Below, one piece after another: positions 29,953 to 39,061 of a stretch of 59,935 bases of DNA. Location: the NCBI GenBank assembly GCA_027020665.1, contig JALUVJ010000046.1, forward strand, positions 1-59,935. Direction: 5' to 3'. Source of the stretch: Nitrospira sp. GTDB lineage: Bacteria > Nitrospirota > Nitrospiria > SBBL01 > JAADHI01. Below the pieces are notes generated by a model. The model did no database searches, was not told the DNA's origin, and worked only from the letters and a program-made list of their open reading frames with translations. A program made the translations under genes and the position numbers. The first letter of the stretch is position 1; each line of letters starts with the position of its first letter.

Positions 29953-30989
29953 GAAAGAGCAAGTTAAGCGCGTCGTCCTTGAGCATCGGTTATCTTCAAC
30001 CGCCTTCCGTGCTGGCGCAAGACCTCAATCTGGACTTGTACGGCGGGGAACTGGTCTGTTTGCTGGGACCGAACGGTGCGGGCAAATCGACCTTGATGCG
30101 CACCCTTTGCGGTTTGCAAGGCCTGCTGCAAGGATCCATTGAAATCATGGGCCGTTGCTTGTCCGGCCTTTCCCCGAAAGAACGGGCAAGCTGTTTTGCG
30201 GTTGTCCTGACGGAGCGGCTTCAGTTAGGCCCTTTTTCGGTGCGGGACTTGGTGTGTTTGGGGCGTCATCCCCATACGACCGGCTTCGGCCGCTTGCGCC
30301 CCCGTGATGAAGCCGTCATCGAATGGGCGATGCAATGCACCGACATCGCCGCGATTCAAGCGCGTCACGTGAATGAATTGAGCGACGGCCAACGCCAAAG
30401 GGTGATGATCGCCAGGGCCCTGGCGCAAGAAACGCCATTATTGTTTCTGGATGAACCGACCGCGTTTCTGGACTTATCCGGGCGCATTGAGGTGGCCAAA
30501 CTATTGAAACATCTGGCACGAAATACCCGGAAGGCCGTTTTGATGTCAACACATGACCTGGATTTGGCCCTGAGTGTCGCAGACCGGATTTGGCTTATGG
30601 GCGGGCAGGGTGCTTTTCAAACAGGCGCGCCGGAGGATATGGTGCTGACAAAAGCCTTTGAGGCCGTTTTTTGCGGAAAGGACATTCTTTTTGATCGCAT
30701 GCGGGGAAGCTTTAAGGCGCGTCAGGCCTTTTCCGGCGTGATCGCCCTGAAAGGGGACGGATTAAGGCGGTTTTGGACCGCACACGCCCTGGAACGGGAA
30801 GGGTTTAAAATTATTCCACAGGAGGGCCGGCAGGAACCGTGCGTTGAAGTTTTGGAAGACGGCGCAGGCTGGACTTCAAGGTTTCGCGGCAGGCATCAAA
30901 AACATGCCTCCATTTACGACTTGGTCACGGCGATTCGCGCCCTGAAAGAAGACCGGGATCTGTCTAGGGAAAACGGGGGGGATATATAA
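29949..30989 (+). CDS. ABC transporter ATP-binding protein (BtuD/FepC-like)
   Basis: GPNGAGKST, LSDGQRQR and LFLDEPT motifs; ATG overlaps the permease stop. Confidence 0.9.
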   Translation: MRKSKLSASSLSIGYLQPPSVLAQDLNLDLYGGELVCLLGPNGAGKSTLMRTLCGLQGLLQGSIEIMGRCLSGLSPKERASCFAVVLTERLQLGPFSVRDLVCLGRHPHTTGFGRLRPRDEAVIEWAMQCTDIAAIQARHVNELSDGQRQRVMIARALAQETPLLFLDEPTAFLDLSGRIEVAKLLKHLARNTRKAVLMSTHDLDLALSVADRIWLMGGQGAFQTGAPEDMVLTKAFEAVFCGKDILFDRMRGSFKARQAFSGVIALKGDGLRRFWTAHALEREGFKIIPQEGRQEPCVEVLEDGAGWTSRFRGRHQKHASIYDLVTAIRALKEDRDLSRENGGDI

Positions 30990-32095
30990 AAGATTCTCCT
31001 GCAAACCAAAAAAAACTGCGCAATGGCTGGACGACGGGCATCTGCGCGGCCGCCGCCGCAAAAGCCGCGGCGATTGCCTTGAGAACGCAAGAGATGCAAA
31101 CGGAAGTTGAAGTGACCTTGCCGATCCGTCAAAAGCAGGTTTTTCCGGTGGCAAAAACCGCCTTCACGGAAAAAGAAGCCACGAGCGTGGTGGTTAAGGA
31201 CGCCGGAGACGATCCTGATTGCACAAACGGCGCACAGTTAACTGCGACGGTTTCATGGATTCCGGATGTGGGAAAAATCGAATTATGCGGCGGGCAAGGC
31301 GTCGCGAGGGTCACCAAAGCCGGGCTGGGTTTAGTCGTGGGGCGTCCGGCGATTAACCCCGTTCCCTTTAAAAACATTACAGAAATGGTGCGAGAAGGGG
31401 CCGGAGATGCGCTCAAAACCGCAGGATTGAAGGTGGTCATTTCTGTGCCGGATGGCGAAATCATGTCGAAAAAGACGCAAAATGCGCGACTGGGACTTAT
31501 GGGGGGGATTTCGATTTTAGGCACGAGTGGCATTGTGCGGCCTTACTCTTCGGCGGCGTATAAAGTGTCTATCGCGCAGGGCATGGATGTGGCGATGGGC
31601 GAAGGACTTTCAACACTGGTATTGACCACGGGCGGAAAGAGTGAACGCTATCTCATGCGGCACACGGGCCTCCCCGCTTCATCCTATGTGCAAATGGGTG
31701 ATTTTGCGGGTTTTTCCCTCAAACGCGCGGCGAAACAGGGTTTTAAAAAAGTCATTATCGGGGGCATGCCCGGCAAGCTCAGCAAAATTGCGCGCGGCAA
31801 AATGCAGACCCACGTTGCGGGTTCTCAGGTCAACATGGCTTTTTTAGCGGAGATTGGCGCGGAAGCGGGCGCTTCCGATGAAATCGTGCAAAAAATTGCG
31901 CGCGCCAATACCGCGCGGCATGTGCAGGAAATCGTGGCACGGCATCACATCCAGGGTTTTTGGGACATCGTCGCGCACAAAGTCTGCGCCGTTTGTCGAA
32001 AAGAAGTGCAGGATGCCTTGACGGTCGTTTGCATCCTTGCGGACTTCGGAGGTGAAGTGATTGGCAGAGCACAGATCGGAGAGGAGGAAGATTGA
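30986..32095 (+). CDS. cbiD: Cobalt-precorrin-5B C1-methyltransferase CbiD (probable ATA start)
   Basis: The in-frame N-terminal motif LRNGWTTGICAAAAAKAA lies upstream of the ORF-track start. Also KDAGDDPDCT, AINPVP and GGISILGTSGIV. Start coordinate is inferred. Confidence 0.88.
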   Translation: MKDSPANQKKLRNGWTTGICAAAAAKAAAIALRTQEMQTEVEVTLPIRQKQVFPVAKTAFTEKEATSVVVKDAGDDPDCTNGAQLTATVSWIPDVGKIELCGGQGVARVTKAGLGLVVGRPAINPVPFKNITEMVREGAGDALKTAGLKVVISVPDGEIMSKKTQNARLGLMGGISILGTSGIVRPYSSAAYKVSIAQGMDVAMGEGLSTLVLTTGGKSERYLMRHTGLPASSYVQMGDFAGFSLKRAAKQGFKKVIIGGMPGKLSKIARGKMQTHVAGSQVNMAFLAEIGAEAGASDEIVQKIARANTARHVQEIVARHHIQGFWDIVAHKVCAVCRKEVQDALTVVCILADFGGEVIGRAQIGEEED

Positions 32096-33303
32096 ATCAA
32101 AACATTTACATCGTCGGCATGGGTGATAACGGGATAGAAAGCCTGGGGCATGAGGCGCTTCAAATCCTTGCGGCGGCGGAAGTTCTGGTCGGGGGAGATC
32201 GGCACTTGGCCTGTTTTCCCGCGTCGCCCGCTGAAAAAATGACCGTTCAAAACAATCTGAAGGCCGTGACGGAAAAAATCCGCTCCGAAAAACGCCGGGT
32301 TGTGATTCTGGCTTCGGGGGACCCCTTGTTCTACGGCATTGCGGCCTATCTTTTGAAACAGATCGGCGCGGCGCGTTTAAAGATTATTCCCAATATCTCG
32401 TCGATGCAGCTCGCTTTTGCGCGCGTCAAAACCGCATGGCACGACGCCTTATTGATCTCTTGCCATGCAAAGCCGCTTGGCCCGCATATCCAAAAAGTCC
32501 GCGCGGCCCGGAAAGTCGGCATGTTTACCGATCAAAGCAATACGCCTGCCGAGATTGCAAAACAACTCTTAGCGGCGGGCATTTCTGATTTTCGCGCCTT
32601 TGTCTGCGAAAACCTGGGCGGAAAAACGGAAAAAATCATCGAAGCGGATTTGAAGGATCTGCCGGGCCGCACCTTTGCGCCCTTGAATGTGCTCATTCTC
32701 ATCAAAGAAGCGCGGCCTGTCGAACTGTTAAAAGGCCCTTGGTCTTTTGGCATGCCCGATCACATTTTTCATCAGCGCCGGCCGCTCAAAGGCCTGATCA
32801 CAAAATCTGAAGTCCGGGTTATCAGCCTGAGCAAAATGCAAATTCGGCCGGGGGATATCGTTTGGGACATCGGTGCGGGTTCGGGCTCCGTCTCGATTGA
32901 AGCGGCCTTGCTGGGGGCAAAAGTTTGGGCGATTGAAAAAAATGCGGCGGAGATCGGCATCATTCAAAAAAATATCAGGCAATTCGGCGTAAAGAAGATC
33001 ACGGTGATTCACGGGTTCGCCCCCGATGTCTTGCTGGATCTGCCCGACCCCGATGCCGTGTTTATCGGCGGTTCTGCGGGAAAGATGCAAGAAATCATTC
33101 AATCGTGCCGCTTGCGTTTGAAAGCAAAAGGAAGGCTGGTCATCAATGTCGCCACGCTTGAAAACCTGGCAACAATCAACACACAAAGCGAAACGGTTTT
33201 TGAGACGACTCTGGTGCAAATCAGCCGCAGCCGCCCGATTTTAAACCTGAACCGTCTCGAAGCCTTGAATCCGGTGTTCGTCCTTTCATGGGAGAAAAAA
33301 TGA
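32092..33303 (+). CDS. cbiET: Bifunctional CbiE/CbiT methyltransferase-decarboxylase
   Basis: ASGDPLFYG N-domain; ITKSEVR and WDIGAGSGSVSIEA C-domain; TTG start. Confidence 0.92.
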   Translation: MNQNIYIVGMGDNGIESLGHEALQILAAAEVLVGGDRHLACFPASPAEKMTVQNNLKAVTEKIRSEKRRVVILASGDPLFYGIAAYLLKQIGAARLKIIPNISSMQLAFARVKTAWHDALLISCHAKPLGPHIQKVRAARKVGMFTDQSNTPAEIAKQLLAAGISDFRAFVCENLGGKTEKIIEADLKDLPGRTFAPLNVLILIKEARPVELLKGPWSFGMPDHIFHQRRPLKGLITKSEVRVISLSKMQIRPGDIVWDIGAGSGSVSIEAALLGAKVWAIEKNAAEIGIIQKNIRQFGVKKITVIHGFAPDVLLDLPDPDAVFIGGSAGKMQEIIQSCRLRLKAKGRLVINVATLENLATINTQSETVFETTLVQISRSRPILNLNRLEALNPVFVLSWEKK

Positions 33304-34367
33304 AAACAGCCGCCATTGCCATCACCAAACACGGTGCGGCCATCGCGCAACAATTGAGCGGTGATCGTTTCATTAAACACAAGTTCAAACCAGAAGGAGA
33401 AAGCCAAGACGATATTATTTATTTCGACAGCCCGATCAAGGGCCTCACGGCTGAAATCTGGCCGCAGTACGATGCCCTGATTTACATCGTTTCGCTGGGT
33501 GCGGTGGTGCGCACCATTGCGCCGTTTTTACAAGACAAATACGAAGACCCGGCCATCATCGTCGTGGATGATAAAGCCCAATTTGTCATCAGCGTGCTTT
33601 CGGGCCATGTCGGCGGGGCGAATCAACTCACACAAAAAATCGCCGATCGGCTCGGTGCGACCGCCATCATCACCACGGCAAGCGACGTGGGAAAGACCAT
33701 TCCGGTCGATATTCTCGGTCGGGCACTGGGTTGGACGACGGAGGGTGAACAATTTATTACGCCCGTAAGTGCCGCCGTCGTGAATGAAGAAAATATCGCT
33801 TTTGTCCAGGAATGCGGTGAACTGAATTGGTGGCAACGAAAAACACCCCTGCCGAAAAATATCGCTTTCACCACATTGGAAAAAATCGAAGCAGCGCCGG
33901 ATCGTTTTAAGGCCCTGCTTTGTGTGACGGATCGCATCATTTCAAATCCGCCCATTCGGCAAACGGTTTTTTATCGCCCCAAGTCCTTGGTCTTGGGTAT
34001 CGGCTGTGATCGCGGCACGTCCTGCGAACGCATTGAGGCTTTTGTTGTCGAAACGCTTGAAAAACAGGGACTTTCATTTCAAAGTGTGCGCAATGTGGCC
34101 ACGGCGGAGGCCAAGCGGGATGAGCCGGGTTTAAACCGGTTTTGTGAAAAATACGGCCTTGAATTGGTCTGTTATGCGAGCGAAACCCTAAAAGGCGTAA
34201 AGGCCCCGAACCCTTCGGCGATGGTTTTGAAACATGTCGGTACGCCGGGGGTTTCCGAACCTGCGGCCATGCTTTCATCGGGCGGGACTTTGATCGTGCC
34301 GAAACAAAAGACAAAAAACATGACGCTTGCCGTTGCGCGCATTGATTTTGAGAAGGGAGAAAGGTGA
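33300..34367 (+). CDS. cbiG: Cobalt-precorrin-5A hydrolase CbiG
   Basis: GAVVRTIAP..DKYEDPA, SGHVGGAN, GIGCDRG and GVSEPAA motifs. Confidence 0.93.
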   Translation: MKTAAIAITKHGAAIAQQLSGDRFIKHKFKPEGESQDDIIYFDSPIKGLTAEIWPQYDALIYIVSLGAVVRTIAPFLQDKYEDPAIIVVDDKAQFVISVLSGHVGGANQLTQKIADRLGATAIITTASDVGKTIPVDILGRALGWTTEGEQFITPVSAAVVNEENIAFVQECGELNWWQRKTPLPKNIAFTTLEKIEAAPDRFKALLCVTDRIISNPPIRQTVFYRPKSLVLGIGCDRGTSCERIEAFVVETLEKQGLSFQSVRNVATAEAKRDEPGLNRFCEKYGLELVCYASETLKGVKAPNPSAMVLKHVGTPGVSEPAAMLSSGGTLIVPKQKTKNMTLAVARIDFEKGER

Positions 34368-35926
34368 AAAAAGGAAAACTCTTTTTAGTCGGTTTTGGCC
34401 CCGGAAGCCAAGACCATCTCACGCAACGCGCCAAAGAAGCCATTGCACAATCGGAAACCGTTATCGGATATAGCACTTATATTCGACTTGTGAAACCGCT
34501 TTGTGAAGGCAAAGAAGTGATCTACACCGGCATGACGGAAGAGTTGGCGCGGGCCAGAAAAGCAGTGGACATGGCCTACGCCGGGAAAAAAGTGGCGCTG
34601 GTTTCTTCGGGGGATGTGGGTATTTACGGCATGGCAGGCCCCGCTTTTGAGTGTCTCAAAGAAAAGGGCTGGAAACGCGGGGGCGATATTGATGTGGAGG
34701 TCGTGCCGGGCGTCACGGCGGGCAGCGCTTGCGCGAGCCGGATGGGTGCGCCGATCAGTCATGATTTTTGCAACATTAGCTTAAGCGATCTGCTCACACC
34801 CTGGGAGATCATCAAACAACGACTGGAAGCTGCGGCCAAAGCCGATTTTGTGACGGTGCTCTACAATCCCAAAAGCGGCCGTCGCACGAAACAAATTGTG
34901 GAAGCCCAAAAGATTTTCTTGCAATATCGCAAAGGCACAACCCCCGTGGCCCTGGTGAAATCCGCCTATCGAGACCTCGAACAGATCGTATTGACAGACT
35001 TGGACGACATGCTCGAACACGAAATCGGCATGCTTACCACCGTCATGATCGGTAACAAAATGACCTTCACGCTGGACGGTTTGATGGTAACGCCGCGCGG
35101 TTATCAGAGCAAGTATGCCCTGGATAGTTTGGATGAAAAGTCCGTTCAACTCCTGCGAGAAAAGGTCATCGAAGCCAAACCGGCACAATCATTGAAAACC
35201 TACGGGACTTTTTACGGCATCGGCGTCGGGCCGGGTGATACGAAGTACCTGACTTTACAGGCGCGGGATGTGATTGAAAAAGTCCGCTATCTGTTTTATC
35301 CGAGGGGGAATGCCACAGACGAAAGCTTGGCTTTAAATACCATCGAACCCTTCATGCGCTCGGATACAAACGTGGAAGAATTAATGTTTCCCATGACGAC
35401 AGATCGCAATCAGCTCGAATATTATTGGCATCTCAATGCAAAAAAAGTGGCCGACATTCTGAAGACCGGGGCTGATGTCGCCTTTGTAACCTTGGGGGAT
35501 GCGACACTTTATTCGACCTATATTTACGTGGTGAAAACCCTGCGGGAATTGTTGCCCGCTGTGCCCATCGAAACGATTCCGGGCATTTCTGCCTATTCTG
35601 CCGCCGCAGCCATGATCAATCAAAGCATTGGAGAAGGCAAAGGACGTGTGGCGATCCTGCCCGTGAACCGCGATGTTTCCAATGTCCGAGATGCCTTGGA
35701 ACAATTTGATACCATCGTGTTGATGAAAGTGGGTTCCAAACTCAATCGGGTTGTGAGGCTGCTCGAAGAGACAAAGTTGATCGACAACGCCGTGCTTTTA
35801 AGTTATATCGGCACGGAAGACGAGCGCGTCGAGCGGGACTTGAAAAAATTCAGAAATCAGACCTTGGGTTATATGACCCTGGTGCTGGTCAAAAAGAATG
35901 AACAGTTTTTATTGGATGAGGACTAA
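34364..35926 (+). CDS. cbiHL: Fusion of precorrin-3B C17-methyltransferase (CbiH/CobJ) and precorrin-2 C20-methyltransferase (CbiL/CobI)
   Basis: N half: SSGDVGIYGMAG, HDFCNISLSDLLTPW, LYNPKS, TPRGY. C half: FYGIGVGPGD, FPMT, TLGDATLYST, VLMKV. Confidence 0.88.
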   Translation: MKKGKLFLVGFGPGSQDHLTQRAKEAIAQSETVIGYSTYIRLVKPLCEGKEVIYTGMTEELARARKAVDMAYAGKKVALVSSGDVGIYGMAGPAFECLKEKGWKRGGDIDVEVVPGVTAGSACASRMGAPISHDFCNISLSDLLTPWEIIKQRLEAAAKADFVTVLYNPKSGRRTKQIVEAQKIFLQYRKGTTPVALVKSAYRDLEQIVLTDLDDMLEHEIGMLTTVMIGNKMTFTLDGLMVTPRGYQSKYALDSLDEKSVQLLREKVIEAKPAQSLKTYGTFYGIGVGPGDTKYLTLQARDVIEKVRYLFYPRGNATDESLALNTIEPFMRSDTNVEELMFPMTTDRNQLEYYWHLNAKKVADILKTGADVAFVTLGDATLYSTYIYVVKTLRELLPAVPIETIPGISAYSAAAAMINQSIGEGKGRVAILPVNRDVSNVRDALEQFDTIVLMKVGSKLNRVVRLLEETKLIDNAVLLSYIGTEDERVERDLKKFRNQTLGYMTLVLVKKNEQFLLDED

Positions 35927-35928
35927 AG

Positions 35929-36699
35929 ATGACAAAAGAAGCCGTTGTCTATTTTGTGGGTGCGGGGCCGGGCGACCCCGAATTGATTACACTCAAGGGC
36001 AAGCGCTTGCTGGAAACCGCAGACCTCGTGGTTTATGCGGGCAGCCTGATTCCGAAAGAAGTTTTGTCTCATGCGAAGAAGGCAGAAATTCACAATAGTG
36101 CGGGATTGACTTTAGAAGAGATTGTCGCACTGTTGGTGCCTGCCGCAAAAGCGGGGAAAATGGTGGTGAGGCTGGCAACGGGAGACCCTTCCATTTATGG
36201 CACCATCGGAGAACACACCGAAAAACTCCGAGAAGCGGGTGTTGTCTGTGAAATCGTGCCCGGTGTGAGTTCATTTACCGCTGCTGCGGCCGCGCTCGGA
36301 AAAGAACTCACCGTGCCCGATGTCGCGCAAACCGTCATTTTAAGCCGCTGCGAGGGACGCACCCCCGTGCCTGATCTCGAAAAATTGCCTTTATTGGCAG
36401 CGCATCAAACCACCCTCGTGCTTTTTTTATCCATCACCCTCGTAAAAAAAATGCAGCAAGAGCTACTCACCGCCTACGCGCCCGAAACCCCCTGTGCTGT
36501 GGTTTACCGCGCAACCTGGCCTGATGAGTTGATTATCTTTTGTGCGCTCTCGGACTTGGCTGCTAAGGTAAAAAAAGCCGGAATCACCAAAACCGCCTTG
36601 GTGATCGTCGGTCAGGCCCTTGCTGCCGAAGGCAAACGGTCCAAGCTCTACGATCCCGCATTTAGTCATTCCTTTCGCTCCGGGAAGCGTTTAGAATAA
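35929..36699 (+). CDS. cbiF: Cobalt-precorrin-4 C11-methyltransferase
   Basis: VYFVGAGPGDPELIT, YAGSL, GDPSIYG, ELTVPDVAQTVI and SKLYD motifs. Confidence 0.94.
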   Translation: MTKEAVVYFVGAGPGDPELITLKGKRLLETADLVVYAGSLIPKEVLSHAKKAEIHNSAGLTLEEIVALLVPAAKAGKMVVRLATGDPSIYGTIGEHTEKLREAGVVCEIVPGVSSFTAAAAALGKELTVPDVAQTVILSRCEGRTPVPDLEKLPLLAAHQTTLVLFLSITLVKKMQQELLTAYAPETPCAVVYRATWPDELIIFCALSDLAAKVKKAGITKTALVIVGQALAAEGKRSKLYDPAFSHSFRSGKRLE

Positions 36700-36707
36700 G
36701 GTATCCA

Positions 36708-37400
36708 ATGAGTGCGACCATGAAAATCATCAGTACAACAGAACGGGCTGCGTTTTATAAAACCCTTTACAGCCGACGGGATACACGCGGCGAATTTAAA
36801 AATGATGCCGTTCCCGATGAAATCCTAATGCGCATTTTGGATGCCGCCCACCACGCACCGAGTGTGGGTTTTATGCAGCCCTGGGACTTCATCGTCGTGA
36901 AAAGCCCCGAAATCAAAAAGCGGATCAAGGCCGGTTTTGAAGCAGCCCACAAAGAAGCGGCGGCCTTGTTTCCAAAAGACAAACAAGCGCAATACCAGTC
37001 TTTTAAACTGGAAGGCATCGTTGAAGCCCCTGTCGGCATTTGCATCACCTGTGACCGAAGCCGCACGGGAAACGTCGTCATCGGACGCACGGCAAACCCT
37101 GAAACGGATCTCTACAGCGCCGTCTGCGCCGTTCAAAATTTGTGGCTGGCCGCGCGCTCGGAAAACTTAGGTGTAGGTTGGATGAGCATTATTCATCACG
37201 ATTGTTTGAAAGCAATTTTAGGCATCCCCGAAAAAATCGTTCCTATTGCCTATTTGAATATCGGTTTCGTGAGCTATTTTTACGAACAGCCCGAACTCGA
37301 AAAAAAGGGCTGGCTGCCGCGCCTGCCGCTTTCATCCCTTTTGCATTGGGACGGGTGGCGGAAAAAATCAAAATGTTTACAAGATACGGAGCACATTTAA
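36708..37400 (+). CDS. bluB: 5,6-dimethylbenzimidazole synthase
   Basis: RRDTR, AHHAPSVGFMQPW, LKLEGI-like, AVQNLWLAARSENLGVGW and GW..RLP motifs. Confidence 0.9.
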   Translation: MSATMKIISTTERAAFYKTLYSRRDTRGEFKNDAVPDEILMRILDAAHHAPSVGFMQPWDFIVVKSPEIKKRIKAGFEAAHKEAAALFPKDKQAQYQSFKLEGIVEAPVGICITCDRSRTGNVVIGRTANPETDLYSAVCAVQNLWLAARSENLGVGWMSIIHHDCLKAILGIPEKIVPIAYLNIGFVSYFYEQPELEKKGWLPRLPLSSLLHWDGWRKKSKCLQDTEHI

Positions 37401-37402
37401 AG

Positions 37403-38530
37403 ATGTATGAAATCAATCCTTTCGATCTGAATGATACCGGCAAGGCCGTACACGGCGGCAAGGTCTTTGCTTTTGCCCGCGCGCAAGGCTGCCGTCCCTC
37501 CGAAGTCCTGGATTTCAGCGCGAACATTAATCCGCTCGGTCTCCCGCCGAATGTCAAGGCCGCCATCCTGGAAAACCTGCCGGATGCCGTGCACTACCCG
37601 GACCGTTTCTGCGCCGTGCTGCGAGAAATGCTGGCCAGGCAATATCGCCTCAAACCGGGACAATTGCTGATTGGAAACGGCGCGACCGAGCTGATTCACC
37701 TCATTCCCAGGGCGATGGCCTTAAAAAAGGTCCTCATCCCCGCACCCGGCTTTTCGGAATACGAGCGGGCCGCCCGTTTAACCGGGGCTGCGGTCGAATT
37801 CATGGCCTTACGCGAGGAAAACGGGTTTCGGCTTGATGTGCGGGAGATGGTCGATACGATCAACGACAATGCCGGAAACGGCATTGATGCCGTCTTTCTC
37901 TGCAACCCCAACAACCCGACGGGCCACCTGCTTTCAAAAAAGGAAGTCATCTCCATTTTAAAAGCGGCTTTTCATTTAGGGGTGCTCGTCATCTTAGACG
38001 AGGCCTTCATTGACTTTACGGATGCGCCGTCTTTTACGGGAGAAATTCCCTGGTATATCAACCTCATCGTCGTGAGAAGCTTCACGAAATTTTACGCCAT
38101 GCCGGGCCTGCGCGCGGGTTATTTGGCCGCGAACGCAGCAACCGTTTCGCGGATTGAAGCCGTTCAGCCGCCCTGGTCCGTCAACCACATCGCCGCCGTC
38201 GCCGCCGCGGCGGGCCTCTGCGACACCGCTTATATCAAAGAGAGCCGTCAAATCATTGAAACAGAGCGCGCCTATTTGCGCAAAGCCCTTTCAAGCTTGC
38301 CGGGACTTGAGGTCTTTCCCTCCGACGCCAATTATTTGATGCTGAAACTCGGCGCCGCCTTGCCCGATGCGGACGAGCTTTCAAAACGCCTCGGCCCTTT
38401 TAAAATTTTAATCAGAAGCTGCGAAACCTTTCGCGGACTGAGTGATCGCTATGTGCGCATTGCGGTGAGAACACACAAGGAGAATGAGATCCTGATTGCC
38501 CGGCTTCGGGAAATTTTGGGAGGCCGTTGA
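37403..38530 (+). CDS. cobD: Threonine-phosphate decarboxylase
   Basis: HGG, LDFSANINPLG, GNGATELI, CNPNNPTG and RSFTKFYAMPGLRAGY motifs; start moved to ATG 37403. Confidence 0.9.
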   Translation: MYEINPFDLNDTGKAVHGGKVFAFARAQGCRPSEVLDFSANINPLGLPPNVKAAILENLPDAVHYPDRFCAVLREMLARQYRLKPGQLLIGNGATELIHLIPRAMALKKVLIPAPGFSEYERAARLTGAAVEFMALREENGFRLDVREMVDTINDNAGNGIDAVFLCNPNNPTGHLLSKKEVISILKAAFHLGVLVILDEAFIDFTDAPSFTGEIPWYINLIVVRSFTKFYAMPGLRAGYLAANAATVSRIEAVQPPWSVNHIAAVAAAAGLCDTAYIKESRQIIETERAYLRKALSSLPGLEVFPSDANYLMLKLGAALPDADELSKRLGPFKILIRSCETFRGLSDRYVRIAVRTHKENEILIARLREILGGR

Positions 38531-38534
38531 CCTT

Positions 38535-39059
38535 ATGCCTGCGCGCACCCTCATTTTAGGCGGCGCACGTTCCGGGAAAAGCCACTTTGCGCTGGATTTG
38601 GCCGGACGACAAGCGGGTAAAAAAATCTATCTCGCCACCGCTGAGGCAGGCGACGCGGAAATGGCGGCCCGCATTGCGCGGCACCGAAGGGAACGCGATG
38701 CCGCTTGGCAAACGCTCGAAGAACCCCTTCGTCTCGTGGAAGCCCTGCGGTCTTTGCAAGGCCGGGTCGATGCCGTGCTGCTGGATTGCCTCACGTTCTG
38801 GCTCAGCAATGTGATGATGCGGACAGAAAGCGCACAAAAAATCAGCAATGAAATCGACGCGCTCATTGATGCCGTGGCGACCGCAGATTTCGGGCTCATC
38901 GCCGTTTCAAATGAAGTGGGCCAAGGCATTGTGCCCGCCGACACGCTTTCACGACAGTTTCGGGACTTTTCCGGTGTGCTGCATCAGCAGTGCGCCGCCG
39001 TTTGCGAAACGGTTTATTTTATGACGGCGGGGATTCCGCAGAAAATAAAAGGGCCGTAA
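38535..39059 (+). CDS. cobU: Adenosylcobinamide kinase/guanylyltransferase
   Basis: LGGARSGKS, EMAARIARHR, LLDCLTFWLSN and SNEVGQG motifs. Confidence 0.95.
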   Translation: MPARTLILGGARSGKSHFALDLAGRQAGKKIYLATAEAGDAEMAARIARHRRERDAAWQTLEEPLRLVEALRSLQGRVDAVLLDCLTFWLSNVMMRTESAQKISNEIDALIDAVATADFGLIAVSNEVGQGIVPADTLSRQFRDFSGVLHQQCAAVCETVYFMTAGIPQKIKGP

Positions 39060-39061
39060 GC

